Source: Thermodesulfobacteriota bacterium (lineage in GTDB: Bacteria > Desulfobacterota > Desulfobacteria > Desulfobacterales > SURF-7). Taken from it: DNA of 64,000 nucleotides. The stretch spans positions 85,612 to 149,611 of the forward strand of contig JBMORA010000014.1 of the NCBI GenBank assembly GCA_049320885.1. The letters are read 5' to 3'. Below, piece by piece: positions 20,807 through 31,166 of this stretch. The notes beneath the pieces are model-generated. The model did not search any database, was not told where the DNA came from, and saw nothing but the letters and a program-made list of their open reading frames with translations. The translations under genes and the position numbers were made by a program. The first letter of the stretch is position 1. Every line of letters starts with the position of its first letter.

Positions 20807-22005
20807 GATTCCGTTTCCTGTTTGAACCGATAGGCCCGCCTTACGCCCGGAATCAGCCCGCCGGGTCTGAAGATCATCATCATAACGAGCATCACGCCGA
20901 AAACCAGCATGCGGAATTCCGAAAAGGCCCTCAGGTATTCCGGCAGCAGAATGAGGACAAGCGCGCCGCAGATCACGCCGATGATGGAGCCCATGCCGCC
21001 CAGAACAACAATACAGAGAATGATGATGGATTCCCAGATGGTGAAGCTGACCGGATTGATGAAAGTGGTTTTCGCCGCGAAGACGACTCCTCCCATCCCA
21101 GCCCAGGTGGCGCCCAAAGCAAAAGCGGTGAGCTTGGTTTTGGTTTTATCGATTCCCATGGCCTGACAGGCGATTTCATCTTCCCGAAGCGCGATCCAGG
21201 CCCGGCCGATTCGCGAGTTCTGCAGCCGGCCGACGACAAAAATCGTTCCCAGCACCAGAAAGATCATGAGGAAGTACATATATCTGGTATGGGTTTCAAG
21301 GGACATCTCTAGACCGAGCAGCGCCGGTCGTGGAATATTGTTGATGCCGCTGGGGCCGAATGAAAATTCATTCCAATTTTCGAGGATCAGCCGGATAATT
21401 TCCCCGAATCCCAGGGTGACGATGGCGAGATAATCGCCCCGCAGCCGCAGGACCGGATAACCCAGGAGGATGCCGAAAATGGCGCCCAAAGCAGCGCCGA
21501 TGGGGAGCGCCGACCAGAAGCCGATCCCGAAGTGATGGTTCAACAGCGCGTAGGCGTAGGCGCCCACGGCATAAAATGCCACATACCCCAAATCCAATAA
21601 ACCGGCCAGACCCACGACGATATTCAGCCCCAGGCCCAGCATGACGTAAATGAGGGCGGATATCATGATATTGGTCTGATACAGGGAAAAGAGAAAGGGA
21701 AACAGGATAATAAAGACCCCGATCCCGGCTACTGCCGGCAGATACAGACGGCGGTCATCGCCGATTTTTTGGATCACCGCGGCGATTGTCGATGAACCCG
21801 GGCCGGCTTTTTCTTTCTTTTTAAAGAGATGCCGCCAAAAAAAGGAAAGGACGAAGCTGCCGGTCCCCACCAGGAGCATGTTTTTCCAGCGCCATTCAAT
21901 GAGGTTGTGCACGGTGTTCACGCGGATCACCATGATGGGAAAGGTCAAGAAAATGAACCAGATGGAAATCAGGAGGGATTTTTTTATCTCCGCAAGAGAC
22001 AGCAT
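20803..22005 (-). CDS. livM: Branched-chain amino acid ABC permease LivM
   Basis: GLAGLLDLGYVAFYAVGAY, LRGDYLAIVTLGFGEI. Confidence 0.93.
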   Translation of the reverse strand: MLSLAEIKKSLLISIWFIFLTFPIMVIRVNTVHNLIEWRWKNMLLVGTGSFVLSFFWRHLFKKKEKAGPGSSTIAAVIQKIGDDRRLYLPAVAGIGVFIILFPFLFSLYQTNIMISALIYVMLGLGLNIVVGLAGLLDLGYVAFYAVGAYAYALLNHHFGIGFWSALPIGAALGAIFGILLGYPVLRLRGDYLAIVTLGFGEIIRLILENWNEFSFGPSGINNIPRPALLGLEMSLETHTRYMYFLMIFLVLGTIFVVGRLQNSRIGRAWIALREDEIACQAMGIDKTKTKLTAFALGATWAGMGGVVFAAKTTFINPVSFTIWESIIILCIVVLGGMGSIIGVICGALVLILLPEYLRAFSEFRMLVFGVMLVMMMIFRPGGLIPGVRRAYRFKQETES

Positions 22006-22017
22006 GCGCGCCGGATC

Positions 22018-22926
22018 CTAGACTTTTTGGGTTTCGGACCGTCCCAATATACCGGCCGGCCGGAAAATCAGAATGAACACCAGAAACAGAAAGGCGAAAA
22101 CATCTTCATAATCGCTGGAAATATAGCCGGTGAAAAAACTTTCCGTCCATCCCAATACCAGACTGCCCAGCACGGCTCCGGGAATGCTGCCGATGCCGCC
22201 CAGCACGGCCGCCACAAAGGCTTTGATCCCGGCGATGAAGCCGATATAGAAATTGATCTGTCCGATCTGGGAGGCGATCAGCACCCCACCGATGGCGGCG
22301 ATGGCCGACCCCACCAGAAAGGTTACCGAAATGACATGGTTGACATCGATTCCCACCAGGGAAGACATGATTTTGTCCTGGGCCGTGGCCCGCATGGCTT
22401 TGCCGATTTTCGTCATCTTGATCAATATCGTCAGCAGGACCATCACGACGACGGTGGTCAGGATGATGGATACTTCCTGAAAACTGATCAGGTGGGCATA
22501 CGGCTCCCAGAACAAGGCGTCCGGAATCAGGTTGGGGAAAGGCAGAAAATCGGATGTCTGGGCCAGCAGGACATAATTTTGCAGAAACAGGGACATGCCG
22601 ATGGCGCTGATCAGGGCGGACAGTCGCGGTGCTTTGCGCAGCGGTTTGTACGCGATTTTTTCAACGGTGAACCCGTAGGCGCAGGCATACACCACGGCAA
22701 TGACCAGTGACAGGATCAGGATGACCAGGTGATTCATGCCCAGGAGACCCAGCACGCTGGCAACGATCAGGCCCGTGAAGGCGCCGATCATGTAAATTTC
22801 GCCATGGGCGAAGTTGATGAGCTCGATGATGCCGTACACCATGGTGTACCCCAGGGCGATCAGGGCATATTTACTGCCGCGGGTGAGACCTCCCAGAAAC
22901 AGCTCGAAAAAAAATCCAAAATCCAC
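22018..22926 (-). CDS. livH: Branched-chain amino acid ABC permease LivH
   Basis: ALGYTMVYGIIELINFAHGE, AVLGGIGSIPGA. Confidence 0.93.
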   Translation of the reverse strand: MDFGFFFELFLGGLTRGSKYALIALGYTMVYGIIELINFAHGEIYMIGAFTGLIVASVLGLLGMNHLVILILSLVIAVVYACAYGFTVEKIAYKPLRKAPRLSALISAIGMSLFLQNYVLLAQTSDFLPFPNLIPDALFWEPYAHLISFQEVSIILTTVVVMVLLTILIKMTKIGKAMRATAQDKIMSSLVGIDVNHVISVTFLVGSAIAAIGGVLIASQIGQINFYIGFIAGIKAFVAAVLGGIGSIPGAVLGSLVLGWTESFFTGYISSDYEDVFAFLFLVFILIFRPAGILGRSETQKV

Positions 22927-22980
22927 AGTTTATTTTCCTGGAAAAAACGGCTTTACAAGGGTGTGGATACCGGAAGCACC

Positions 22981-23017
22981 ATCAGGGGCAGGCCCTGCTG
23001 GCAGGCCCGCCCCTGAT
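22981..23017. other. GC-rich intergenic hairpin between livK and livH
   Basis: ATCAGGGGC...GCCCCTGAT arms. Confidence 0.55.
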
Positions 23018-23034
23018 TCCATAAACGCCGGATG

Positions 23035-24168
23035 CTATTTCAGCTCGACAAAACGGCCATTTTTGACCTGATAAACGGAAAAGCCCGCCCCAATTGCATC
23101 TCCGCGCTGGTCAAAACTGATTTTTCCGATGGGGGTTTCGACCCATTCGGATTTCAACGCCTTTGACAGGGCCTGATAATCTGTCGATCCTGCCTTTTCA
23201 ATGGCGTTCAGCAGGGCGAGGGTTGCGGAATAGGCATTTTCAAAGAAGGCACCTTTATCTTCACCGAATTTGTCCCGGTGGGCTTTGACAGCTGCGATAT
23301 TCAATGGATTCTGGGAGGTGTCTTTGGGACCGGAGGCATAGACTCCCTCGGCATATTCTTTGGCGACTTTGATGAACGTATCATCTTTGACCCCGTCGTC
23401 GGATATGAAAATTGTATCCATTCTCTTTTTTCGCATTTGACTCACGATTTTTGAGGCTTCGGGGTGATACCCGCCGAAAATGACCGCTTCGGCATTTGCT
23501 CGTTTTACTTTCTGGATTACAGCTGAATAATCCACCGCTCCCGGAGTGATCCCTTCATACAAAACGACTTCCGCCTTGCCGGATTCCTCAATGAATTTTT
23601 TGGCAAATTCGGCAAATCCTTTGCCGTAGTCTCCTTTGTCGTGGATGACGGCGATTTTTTTCAGCTTGAGCACGGTTAGGGCAAAATCCACATCCAATTT
23701 TGCCTGGGCGTCGTCGGAGGCGATGGTTCGATAAAAATTGGGATAATCTCCGCTCTGGGTCAAATCAGGATTTGTTGCCGAAGGAGATATGACGACGATG
23801 TTGGCGTCTTTGTAAATACCGAGCGCGGCCTTGGTGGCGCCGCTGCAGATATGACCGAGAACGACATCGACTTTTTGGGAGACCAGCTTGGTGGCGGTGT
23901 TGGTGGCCACTTCCGGTTTGCAGACATCGTCTTCCGTCAGGATTTCCACTTTTTTCCCTAAAACGCCCCCTTTGGCGTTGACGTCGTCCACGACCAATTG
24001 GGCGGCCCGGATGGAGGGGATGCCATAGGATGCCAGATCACCGCTGTGGGCGCCGGCCACTCCCAGCTTAATCGTATCACCGGCCAAGGCCATGCCGGCC
24101 GTCAGGCCCAGAAACAAGACACCGCAAAGCAGCGAAACAGCACTCTTCACCAAACATTTTTTCCTCAT
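23035..24168 (-). CDS. livK: Branched-chain amino acid-binding periplasmic protein (LivJ/LivK)
   Basis: Signal peptide; GHICSGAT, ISPSATNPDLT. Confidence 0.88.
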   Translation of the reverse strand: MRKKCLVKSAVSLLCGVLFLGLTAGMALAGDTIKLGVAGAHSGDLASYGIPSIRAAQLVVDDVNAKGGVLGKKVEILTEDDVCKPEVATNTATKLVSQKVDVVLGHICSGATKAALGIYKDANIVVISPSATNPDLTQSGDYPNFYRTIASDDAQAKLDVDFALTVLKLKKIAVIHDKGDYGKGFAEFAKKFIEESGKAEVVLYEGITPGAVDYSAVIQKVKRANAEAVIFGGYHPEASKIVSQMRKKRMDTIFISDDGVKDDTFIKVAKEYAEGVYASGPKDTSQNPLNIAAVKAHRDKFGEDKGAFFENAYSATLALLNAIEKAGSTDYQALSKALKSEWVETPIGKISFDQRGDAIGAGFSVYQVKNGRFVELK

Positions 24169-24407
24169 TGCCGCCTCCTCGCGCAATAAAATTGTTTAGG
24201 GATAACAGGAATCTTTCTCGGTTTGATTGGGTCCACTATAATGATATGGCCGGTGTGAGTCAAGCTGAAAACAAGCCTTTCCCGAGGCCCTGAAAATATC
24301 CTTGCCGTTTGAGCAAATCCTTATTACCATTGTCGATCAATCCGGTTGGTCCCGATGAATCCCGATCATCTGGAAGGCGCATGAACAAATCAGGAGGGAT
24401 GGTATCC

Positions 24408-25262
24408 ATGAAACGTGTTGGGTTGGTCATCAAACCGGATCAAAAAGCCAGCCGCAAGGCCGAAGAACTGGAACAGCGATTGGCGGAAAGCGGAGTCGCG
24501 GTGGTGCGCATGGAATATGCCCAACCGACCCAGATGTCGAACCCGGCCTTTGCGGAACCGGCGCCTGCGGATCTGATATGTGTTTTCGTTCTGGGCGGCG
24601 ATGGCACCTTTTTAAGCGCCGCGCGTTGGATCGGTGATCAGGAACTGCCGATGATCGGAGTCAAATTCGGGGATGTCGGCTTTCTGGCGGACACGGCGGA
24701 AGACAGTCTGCTGTCCGTTGCCGAAAGAATTCTGAACGGCGCTTTCCAGACGGAAAGGCGCATGCGCCTGTTGGCCCGGGTGATCCGGGATGGCGAAGAA
24801 ATCGACCGGGAGACGGTTCTGAACGACATCGTCATCAACAAGGGCGCCCTGGCCAGGCTGGCGCACATCGATGCCTATGTCGACGACCACGAGCTGACTT
24901 CCTTCAAAAGCGACGGGTTGATCGTGGCGACCCCCACCGGGTCCACCGCCTATTCCCTGGCGGCGGGAGGGCCGATTATCCACCCGGCCCTTTCCGCCAT
25001 CCTGCTGACGCCCATCTGCCCCTTCACCTTGACCAACCGTCCGCTCATCATTCCGGATACAGCTGAAATCAAACTGCGTCTGGCAAAAAAATCAACCGAT
25101 ATCATGCTGACCTTCGACGGCCAGAAAGGGCTGCGGATCGATCACCGGGATACGATCGTTGTGACCAAAAGTCCCCATCCCATCCACATGATCACCGTGC
25201 CCAACCAGACCTATTTTGACGTCCTCAAGACCAAACTGCGCTGGAGCGGCAGCCGGATTTGA
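24408..25262 (+). CDS. nadK: NAD kinase
   Basis: [25 protein letters not shown]. Confidence 0.93.
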   Translation: MKRVGLVIKPDQKASRKAEELEQRLAESGVAVVRMEYAQPTQMSNPAFAEPAPADLICVFVLGGDGTFLSAARWIGDQELPMIGVKFGDVGFLADTAEDSLLSVAERILNGAFQTERRMRLLARVIRDGEEIDRETVLNDIVINKGALARLAHIDAYVDDHELTSFKSDGLIVATPTGSTAYSLAAGGPIIHPALSAILLTPICPFTLTNRPLIIPDTAEIKLRLAKKSTDIMLTFDGQKGLRIDHRDTIVVTKSPHPIHMITVPNQTYFDVLKTKLRWSGSRI

Positions 25263-25315
25263 CATGCGGCGCCAGTTACACCACCCGGAGGCCTTCCTTT
25301 TTCGCTTCGTATACT

Positions 25316-26485
25316 TCATGGGATTTCGCAGGCGATGACACGCCTGAAAAACTCCCGGCGGCAGTCGTTTTCGATTTCAAGAAGGCGCTTGAAAGGCTGG
25401 TTGAAATCCATCCGACCGATGGTGAACAGGCCGTGACCGTGGACAATGGCACCGTTTTCTTCGCTGATGACCTTGGGCACCGTATGGCAGAGGCCGTGGG
25501 GTCCGGTTCCGACCTCGCCGCTAACCACGGGGGTTCCACAGACGAATCGATGATGCGGGCATTTCAGGTGGCAGGTTTCCCTGCCGTTACAGTCCCTATG
25601 CTCGCAGTCCATGGAAAGGATGACGGCAAACGGCGGGTGACCATGGAGGATGGTCCGGCACCCGGTTTTCTCGATGATGCCCATGTGGGCCGATAGTTCA
25701 CTGGAGGCGGTGAGACCGGTGCAGGATGAACCGTCCAGGGGGCAGGGATCGATGCAGCCGTCAAGGTTGTCCAGGGAACTGCCGGTCTGGCTGATATACA
25801 GGGTTCCATCCAGTCGGCAGGAAATATTCCCGAAATACGAGTCCACCAAGCGATGGGTTACCACCTGTTTTCCGGCTTCCGACATGGCTGCCAGGACTTC
25901 CGTTTCAGACCCGAAAGGGCCTTTTTTCAAGGAAGGGGCCTCGGTTGCGGGAGGGTAAAGGGTCGCCACCGCTTTTTCAAAGGCGGCTTTCTGCCGCGGG
26001 CTTATGTTTCCATCGCGGCGATTGTTGAGAAAATCGCAAAAAAATTTGACAAAGCAGGCAAAGCAGATGGAAGAAAAGGTGATATAGGCCTGCTCCAGGC
26101 TGACGCTGCCGGTGGTGATGATGCCGTAACCGGGGATGACAACCCCCTTGCGCTTTTTGAGAAAGGCTTGCAGTGTCCGGATCTCCGGTGTTTCCGCGAT
26201 GGGCAGATCGTGCAGGAATGTTCTGGTCTCGCAATCCCGGGGTGTAATGGCGGTTTCACCGGACTCCGCCAGGTAATCGATGATGGTGCGGTAGGGTTCG
26301 GCGGGCGGGGAGAACAAGAGCGAGTTGATATGGAGGATGGTAAACAGCTCTTCCAATCCATGCGGTTCTGAATTCCGGCGATTCCATTCCAGCCGGGCGT
26401 CCAGGAATCCGAACAGGGGGGCGCCGCTTTCCACCAGGCCGCTTTCCACCATTTTTTTCTCGAAAAAATCAAACATCGGGTTCAT
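25316..26485 (-). CDS. Class II aldolase/adducin-family protein (two-domain)
   Basis: GNIS, ASSELSAH, LHGHP, HGHG metal motifs; overlaps the AOR stop. Confidence 0.8.
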   Translation of the reverse strand: MNPMFDFFEKKMVESGLVESGAPLFGFLDARLEWNRRNSEPHGLEELFTILHINSLLFSPPAEPYRTIIDYLAESGETAITPRDCETRTFLHDLPIAETPEIRTLQAFLKKRKGVVIPGYGIITTGSVSLEQAYITFSSICFACFVKFFCDFLNNRRDGNISPRQKAAFEKAVATLYPPATEAPSLKKGPFGSETEVLAAMSEAGKQVVTHRLVDSYFGNISCRLDGTLYISQTGSSLDNLDGCIDPCPLDGSSCTGLTASSELSAHMGIIEKTGCRTILHGHPPFAVILSMDCEHRDCNGRETCHLKCPHHRFVCGTPVVSGEVGTGPHGLCHTVPKVISEENGAIVHGHGLFTIGRMDFNQPFKRLLEIENDCRREFFRRVIACEIP

Positions 26486-28256
26486 TGCTGGAAGTGTCCT
26501 GTTTTCTGCGATCGATGAGAGCGGTAAAAAGCCGGTCAAGACCCAACTCGGCGGCTTTATCACGCGTTGGCCGGCCTTTTGGATCAAGTCCCCGGACAAG
26601 GTAATAATTGGCCCTGGCGGTGAGAAAAGCACGGCGATCGATGGGCGGACGGTCTCCGTCAGCTTCAAAAAAACGACCCGGCAGATCATCGTCCTTGTCG
26701 TCAAATCCATTGGCCGCATTCATTATCCGTTCCTGGTATACAATTCTTTCCCCCGTTTTCAAAAGGTCATGGGCCGACGTTTCCATGCCGGTTACCGCTT
26801 CGAAAACTTTGGCGTATTCTTCCAGGGAAGCGGCAAAAAAAATGAATTTGCAGGCAGTGAGGGAGTCCACGACGGCATTTAGGTCTTCGCTGATTTTGAT
26901 GATGCGGGCCTTTCCTTCAAAGGAAAGACGGTTGGTGGCAACGGGTTTTCGCAGGATCTCATGGCTGATCGGATAGGCCCGCAGATGACAGGCGCCGCGG
27001 TTGGAGACGGCGAAAGCCAGGGCCATGCCGTATGCCCCGCGGGGATCATAGGCCGAAAGTTCCAGATTCTTGACCGTCATGGCGGCTTCCGGTCGGCGGC
27101 AGGCGCGGGCATACCGGGCCGATCCTTGGCCCAGCAGGCGACCCGGCGTTCTTCCATAACCGATGTCTGCCAGCAAGGCCGGAATGAGATCCGGGGAAAG
27201 CCTTTTGTCAAGGATTTCCGAATGGCAGGCAAGGGTTGCCGCCGCCGAAATCGTATCCATACCGAGATCGTTGCAGATTCGATTCGCTTCCATCACCGTT
27301 TCCAGCCGTTCGTTTTCCAGAAGCGCGCTGAAATGGGACATGGTTTCGAATTCGGGCAGCGGCAGCCCCTTTTCCGAACGCTGTTTGCAGCGGATATGGC
27401 AGCCGCGGCAGCCCGTCCGCACGGGGTTGTATTGTCGATGATAGGCATGGGCGTTCATCGCCGGCGCATGGGAGAATCTCGTTTTACGGAAATTCCGCGT
27501 GGGCATCATATGGCGGGAATCCATGAGATCATAAAGTGCGGCGGTGCCGAAATTCGAAATCCCGAATCGGCCGGACAGGGCCGGCGATGCGGACACCAGG
27601 CGGTATATGTCCTGGCTGGCCGTCCGCAGCAATGCGGCATCCTTTACGGCTGTTCGGCCGTGGCCGCTCACGGTGATGTATTTCAGGTTTTTTTCCGCAA
27701 AGACCAGTCCGAGACCGTTGCGTCCGACCGCAAAATGACCGTCCACCATGATATTGGCGAATAAGACCCGATTTTCAGCCGCCGGCCCGACTGCAGCCAG
27801 GGAACCTTTGGTTTTCAGGATTTGAAAAACAGCCGTCGTGCCCTGTCCGGCGAGGGCGGATGCATCCGTGATGACCAGGCGGTTGTCGGTGATTTCGATG
27901 CCACAGAGGCGCGGGGCTTTGCCGGTGATCATCAGGCCGTCAAACCCGGCGTTTTTCATGGCCGTGCCGAAAGTTCCACCCACCGATGCATCGGTGACGG
28001 TTCCGGTGAGCGGCGAGCGTGACATGAAGACCATGCGTCCGGATGTGGGGGATGCGGTTCCCACCAGGGGGCCGGTGAGCAGAATCACCGGCATGGCCGG
28101 ATCATCCCAGGTGCGGGTGATGAAGGGGGCCAGTAAATGACCGCCGAGGCCCCGTCCGCCGATGAAACGATGCAACAGGGACGGCGGCGGTTCCTCGACT
28201 TCCCATTTTCCGGTTGTCAGATCGATCCGGGCGATCCGCCCTTGCCAGCCAAACAT
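26469..28256 (-). CDS. Aldehyde:ferredoxin oxidoreductase family (W/Mo-pterin)
   Basis: GGRGLG, CRGCHIRC, PEFET, GMDTIS, NRGACH, DSLTACKF. Confidence 0.92.
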   Translation of the reverse strand: MFGWQGRIARIDLTTGKWEVEEPPPSLLHRFIGGRGLGGHLLAPFITRTWDDPAMPVILLTGPLVGTASPTSGRMVFMSRSPLTGTVTDASVGGTFGTAMKNAGFDGLMITGKAPRLCGIEITDNRLVITDASALAGQGTTAVFQILKTKGSLAAVGPAAENRVLFANIMVDGHFAVGRNGLGLVFAEKNLKYITVSGHGRTAVKDAALLRTASQDIYRLVSASPALSGRFGISNFGTAALYDLMDSRHMMPTRNFRKTRFSHAPAMNAHAYHRQYNPVRTGCRGCHIRCKQRSEKGLPLPEFETMSHFSALLENERLETVMEANRICNDLGMDTISAAATLACHSEILDKRLSPDLIPALLADIGYGRTPGRLLGQGSARYARACRRPEAAMTVKNLELSAYDPRGAYGMALAFAVSNRGACHLRAYPISHEILRKPVATNRLSFEGKARIIKISEDLNAVVDSLTACKFIFFAASLEEYAKVFEAVTGMETSAHDLLKTGERIVYQERIMNAANGFDDKDDDLPGRFFEADGDRPPIDRRAFLTARANYYLVRGLDPKGRPTRDKAAELGLDRLFTALIDRRKQDTSSNEPDV

Positions 28257-28260
28257 CCGG

Positions 28261-29826
28261 CTATCCCTCCCGCTTTCCCGGAAGTTCGGAGGACCGTTGG
28301 GGCCGGCCGATGCCGAGTCTTTTCATCCGGGATACGAAGGTGGAACGGTTCAGACCGGCGTCGGATGCCGAACGGGCGACATTCCAGTTGTTTTTGTTGA
28401 GCAGATGCAGCGCAAACTCCCTTTCGACCTCCGCCCATGTCCGGTTGGTGAACGGGAGATCCTTGCATGCAGGAGAAACCGCTGTCGGACTCAGGCCGGA
28501 AGATTTCGGCCGTATGTCCCCATGACCCCGAATATACGACGGCAGATCGGATTGCAGAATCCGCTCATTATCCGTCACGACCAGCAAGTATCGGATCAGA
28601 TTTTCCAGCTCCCGGATATTGCCCGGCCAATCATATTCCAGCAATGCCTGCAGGGCTTCATTGCTTATTCGTTTTTCAGCCACGCCGATGGACAAGGCTT
28701 CTCTTTGTAAAAAATGTTTCAACAGCAGGGGGATATCCTCTTTTCTGTTTCTCAGGGGAGGGATATGCAATGGCAATACCGATAGCCGATAGAAGAGATC
28801 TTTCCGGAAGGTCCCGGCCTCCACCATATCCGGGAGATTCTGGTTGGTGGCGGATATGATTTTAATATCCACCTTCTTGACCCTGGTTTCTCCAAGCGGT
28901 TTCACTTCGGAGTTTTGGATCACCCGTAAAATTCTAGCCTGGAGATTGAGGGGCATGTCGCCGATTTCATCTAAAAAAACGGTGCCGCCGTCCGCGGCTT
29001 CGAACAAACCGAGTTTGTCCTTGGCGGCTCCTGAAAAGGCGCCTTTCTTATAACCGAACAATTCACTTTCCAGAAGTGTTTCCGGGATCGCACTGCAGTT
29101 TTGAATCCAGAGCGGTTTTTCGCTGCGGGGGCTCAGTTGATGGATGTTTCGGGCGATCAGCTCCTTTCCGGTGCCGCTTTCACCGGAAATCAGGATCGGG
29201 TAGTCGGTTCGCGCATAGCTGCGGATCATCCCCATGCAGGTTTGAAAAGAGGGGCTCTGGCCGATCAGCCGGTCTTCCTGCCGAATCTGTTCCAGCGCCT
29301 GGCGCAGGGATTGCGTTTCTCGGCGCTGCTCGTCGAAAAGAATCGCGTTGCTGAGCGCGATGGAACCGATGTTCACCAGGTCCTGAATATGTCGAAGGTG
29401 ACCGTGATCGAGATTGATGCTGGTTTTTCCAGGAGTGGTGTCGATAATTTGGACGGCACCGTATACTTTATCGTTTTTTAAAAACAACGGAAAGCATAAT
29501 ATCAGGCTGCTTTTGACCGCCAGTTTTTCTTCCAGCTCACGATAATGCCGTGGGTCCACCCTGGGATCGGAGATGGTCATCTTGCCGTTTTCAATCACCC
29601 AGCCCACAATACTCGACTGGCTGGCGTTGATCACCGTTCCTTTGATGTTTTCACTTTGCAGGCCGGCTGATTCGATGCAGACATATGCGTCGTTCTGTTT
29701 GATCCAGATGGAGCCCCGCTCCACGTTTTGCAGTTTCAGCAGGGCTGTCAGAAATTTGTGCCGCAGTTTGGCCGGGTCCAGTTCATCGGAAAAGGATTTC
29801 AATAGGTGAATGGGTTGGGATTCCAT
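28261..29826 (-). CDS. GAF-domain sigma54-dependent transcriptional activator
   Basis: GESGTGKE, ESELFG, GAFSGA, FLDEIG, WPGNIREL, Fis-type HTH. Confidence 0.93.
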   Translation of the reverse strand: MESQPIHLLKSFSDELDPAKLRHKFLTALLKLQNVERGSIWIKQNDAYVCIESAGLQSENIKGTVINASQSSIVGWVIENGKMTISDPRVDPRHYRELEEKLAVKSSLILCFPLFLKNDKVYGAVQIIDTTPGKTSINLDHGHLRHIQDLVNIGSIALSNAILFDEQRRETQSLRQALEQIRQEDRLIGQSPSFQTCMGMIRSYARTDYPILISGESGTGKELIARNIHQLSPRSEKPLWIQNCSAIPETLLESELFGYKKGAFSGAAKDKLGLFEAADGGTVFLDEIGDMPLNLQARILRVIQNSEVKPLGETRVKKVDIKIISATNQNLPDMVEAGTFRKDLFYRLSVLPLHIPPLRNRKEDIPLLLKHFLQREALSIGVAEKRISNEALQALLEYDWPGNIRELENLIRYLLVVTDNERILQSDLPSYIRGHGDIRPKSSGLSPTAVSPACKDLPFTNRTWAEVEREFALHLLNKNNWNVARSASDAGLNRSTFVSRMKRLGIGRPQRSSELPGKREG

Positions 29827-30047
29827 GAAAATGGCGACATATAACCGATATGTTGAAATATAAACAATTGTGTTGATAAAGAATGATCCGCTTTCATCCA
29901 ATACAACACCTGCTTTGATTATTCATTTTTATATATATAATAAATTCCGTTAGATCAATCATTTTATTATCGACTGGCACAATCCATGAATTATTCGTAA
30001 CCAGTATGGCCGGCGAAAACAAACCGCAAGCATGTAAGGAGGAGGGT

Positions 30048-30620
30048 ATGCAGAATCTGAATCTGGATGAGGGAAAAATCAAATTCGGTGATGAATGGTG
30101 TTCGGCGGAGATGCTGAGCAACCGTATTCAGGAAAAAATGAAATCCGGAGACTACCGGTTCGCCGAGCTTGCCGCGGCCCTGGAGCGGCTCAAAATCGCC
30201 CTGGAAAATTCCCGGCGTTTGGAGGTTAGCATCGTGATTTCAAAAGAAGAATACGAAGAATTGATGGCTGTCGGCGGCTTGAATGAGCGGGAATGTCTGC
30301 GCAAAGCCATCATGGCGTTCATCGGCTATGATGTGGGAACCGGACAAAACGAAAAAAAAGCCGCTGTGTCGGGGAAAAAAAACGTGGCGGATGATCAGCC
30401 GGCGCCGAATCCGCAACCGGTCCAACAGGGGGAGGCGCCGAATTCGGGAAAACATGAAACGGAAACGAATGCCGTGCGCTGTTTTAGATGCAAATCGCCG
30501 ATGGCGATATCCAATAACGGAGCGGTCCACGAAATTTTTTGCCCCATTTGCGATACCATGCCGGAAAGCAATCCGTTTTATGACAGCGCCACCCGATACA
30601 AGGACCATTATCTGGGTTGA
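30048..30620 (+). CDS. Hypothetical protein with C-terminal zinc ribbon
   Basis: SD AGGAGG; CFRC...CPIC. Confidence 0.7.
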   Translation: MQNLNLDEGKIKFGDEWCSAEMLSNRIQEKMKSGDYRFAELAAALERLKIALENSRRLEVSIVISKEEYEELMAVGGLNERECLRKAIMAFIGYDVGTGQNEKKAAVSGKKNVADDQPAPNPQPVQQGEAPNSGKHETETNAVRCFRCKSPMAISNNGAVHEIFCPICDTMPESNPFYDSATRYKDHYLG

Positions 30621-30692
30621 TGATCATCGCGACCGCTCAGCAGGAGAAGGGGCGTGCTATTGAAAGATCAACAGATGAAAAGGGAGGCGGAT

Positions 30693-31088
30693 ATGGAAGC
30701 CTGCGCGGACAGAAGAAAGAGCCGACGTTTTCCGGTGGAAGGCACGGCAATCGCCGTTTTCCAACCATATCCGATTTTGATGGGCCAGGTAATCGATATC
30801 AGCATGGGCGGCCTCGCTTTTCATTATCTTCAAGAGAAAAAATGCACGGATCACCCCCCGCAGGCCGAGCTGACCATTATTTGTTCGGATGGTACAAAAC
30901 TGGAGCGAATACCGTATCGAATCGTATCGGATATCGATTTAAGCCCGATGCTGTCTTTTGTATCAAAACCGTTGCGGCGGGCGAGTCTGCAGTTCGGCGA
31001 TCTGACGGATTCCCAGGCAGCTTCCCTGAGTCTTTTTATCGAGGGGTGCAGCGATGTCAAAAAGGATTCCGGGATTCAATTCCACTGA
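30693..31088 (+). CDS. PilZ-domain protein
   Basis: DRRKSRR and DISMGG; paralog of 15276-15806. Confidence 0.8.
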   Translation: MEACADRRKSRRFPVEGTAIAVFQPYPILMGQVIDISMGGLAFHYLQEKKCTDHPPQAELTIICSDGTKLERIPYRIVSDIDLSPMLSFVSKPLRRASLQFGDLTDSQAASLSLFIEGCSDVKKDSGIQFH

Positions 31089-31166
31089 CCATCCGGAGGA
31101 TGATATTTCGGCATCCAGTCCGCTTCTTCCAAGCCGTTCAGGCCCCAATGAGGGCTGACGGGTTGA

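Noticed and set aside
29975..29990. Sigma54 promoter TGGCACAATCCATGAA
   Set aside because: The -24 element matches but -12 reads GA rather than GC; insufficient support
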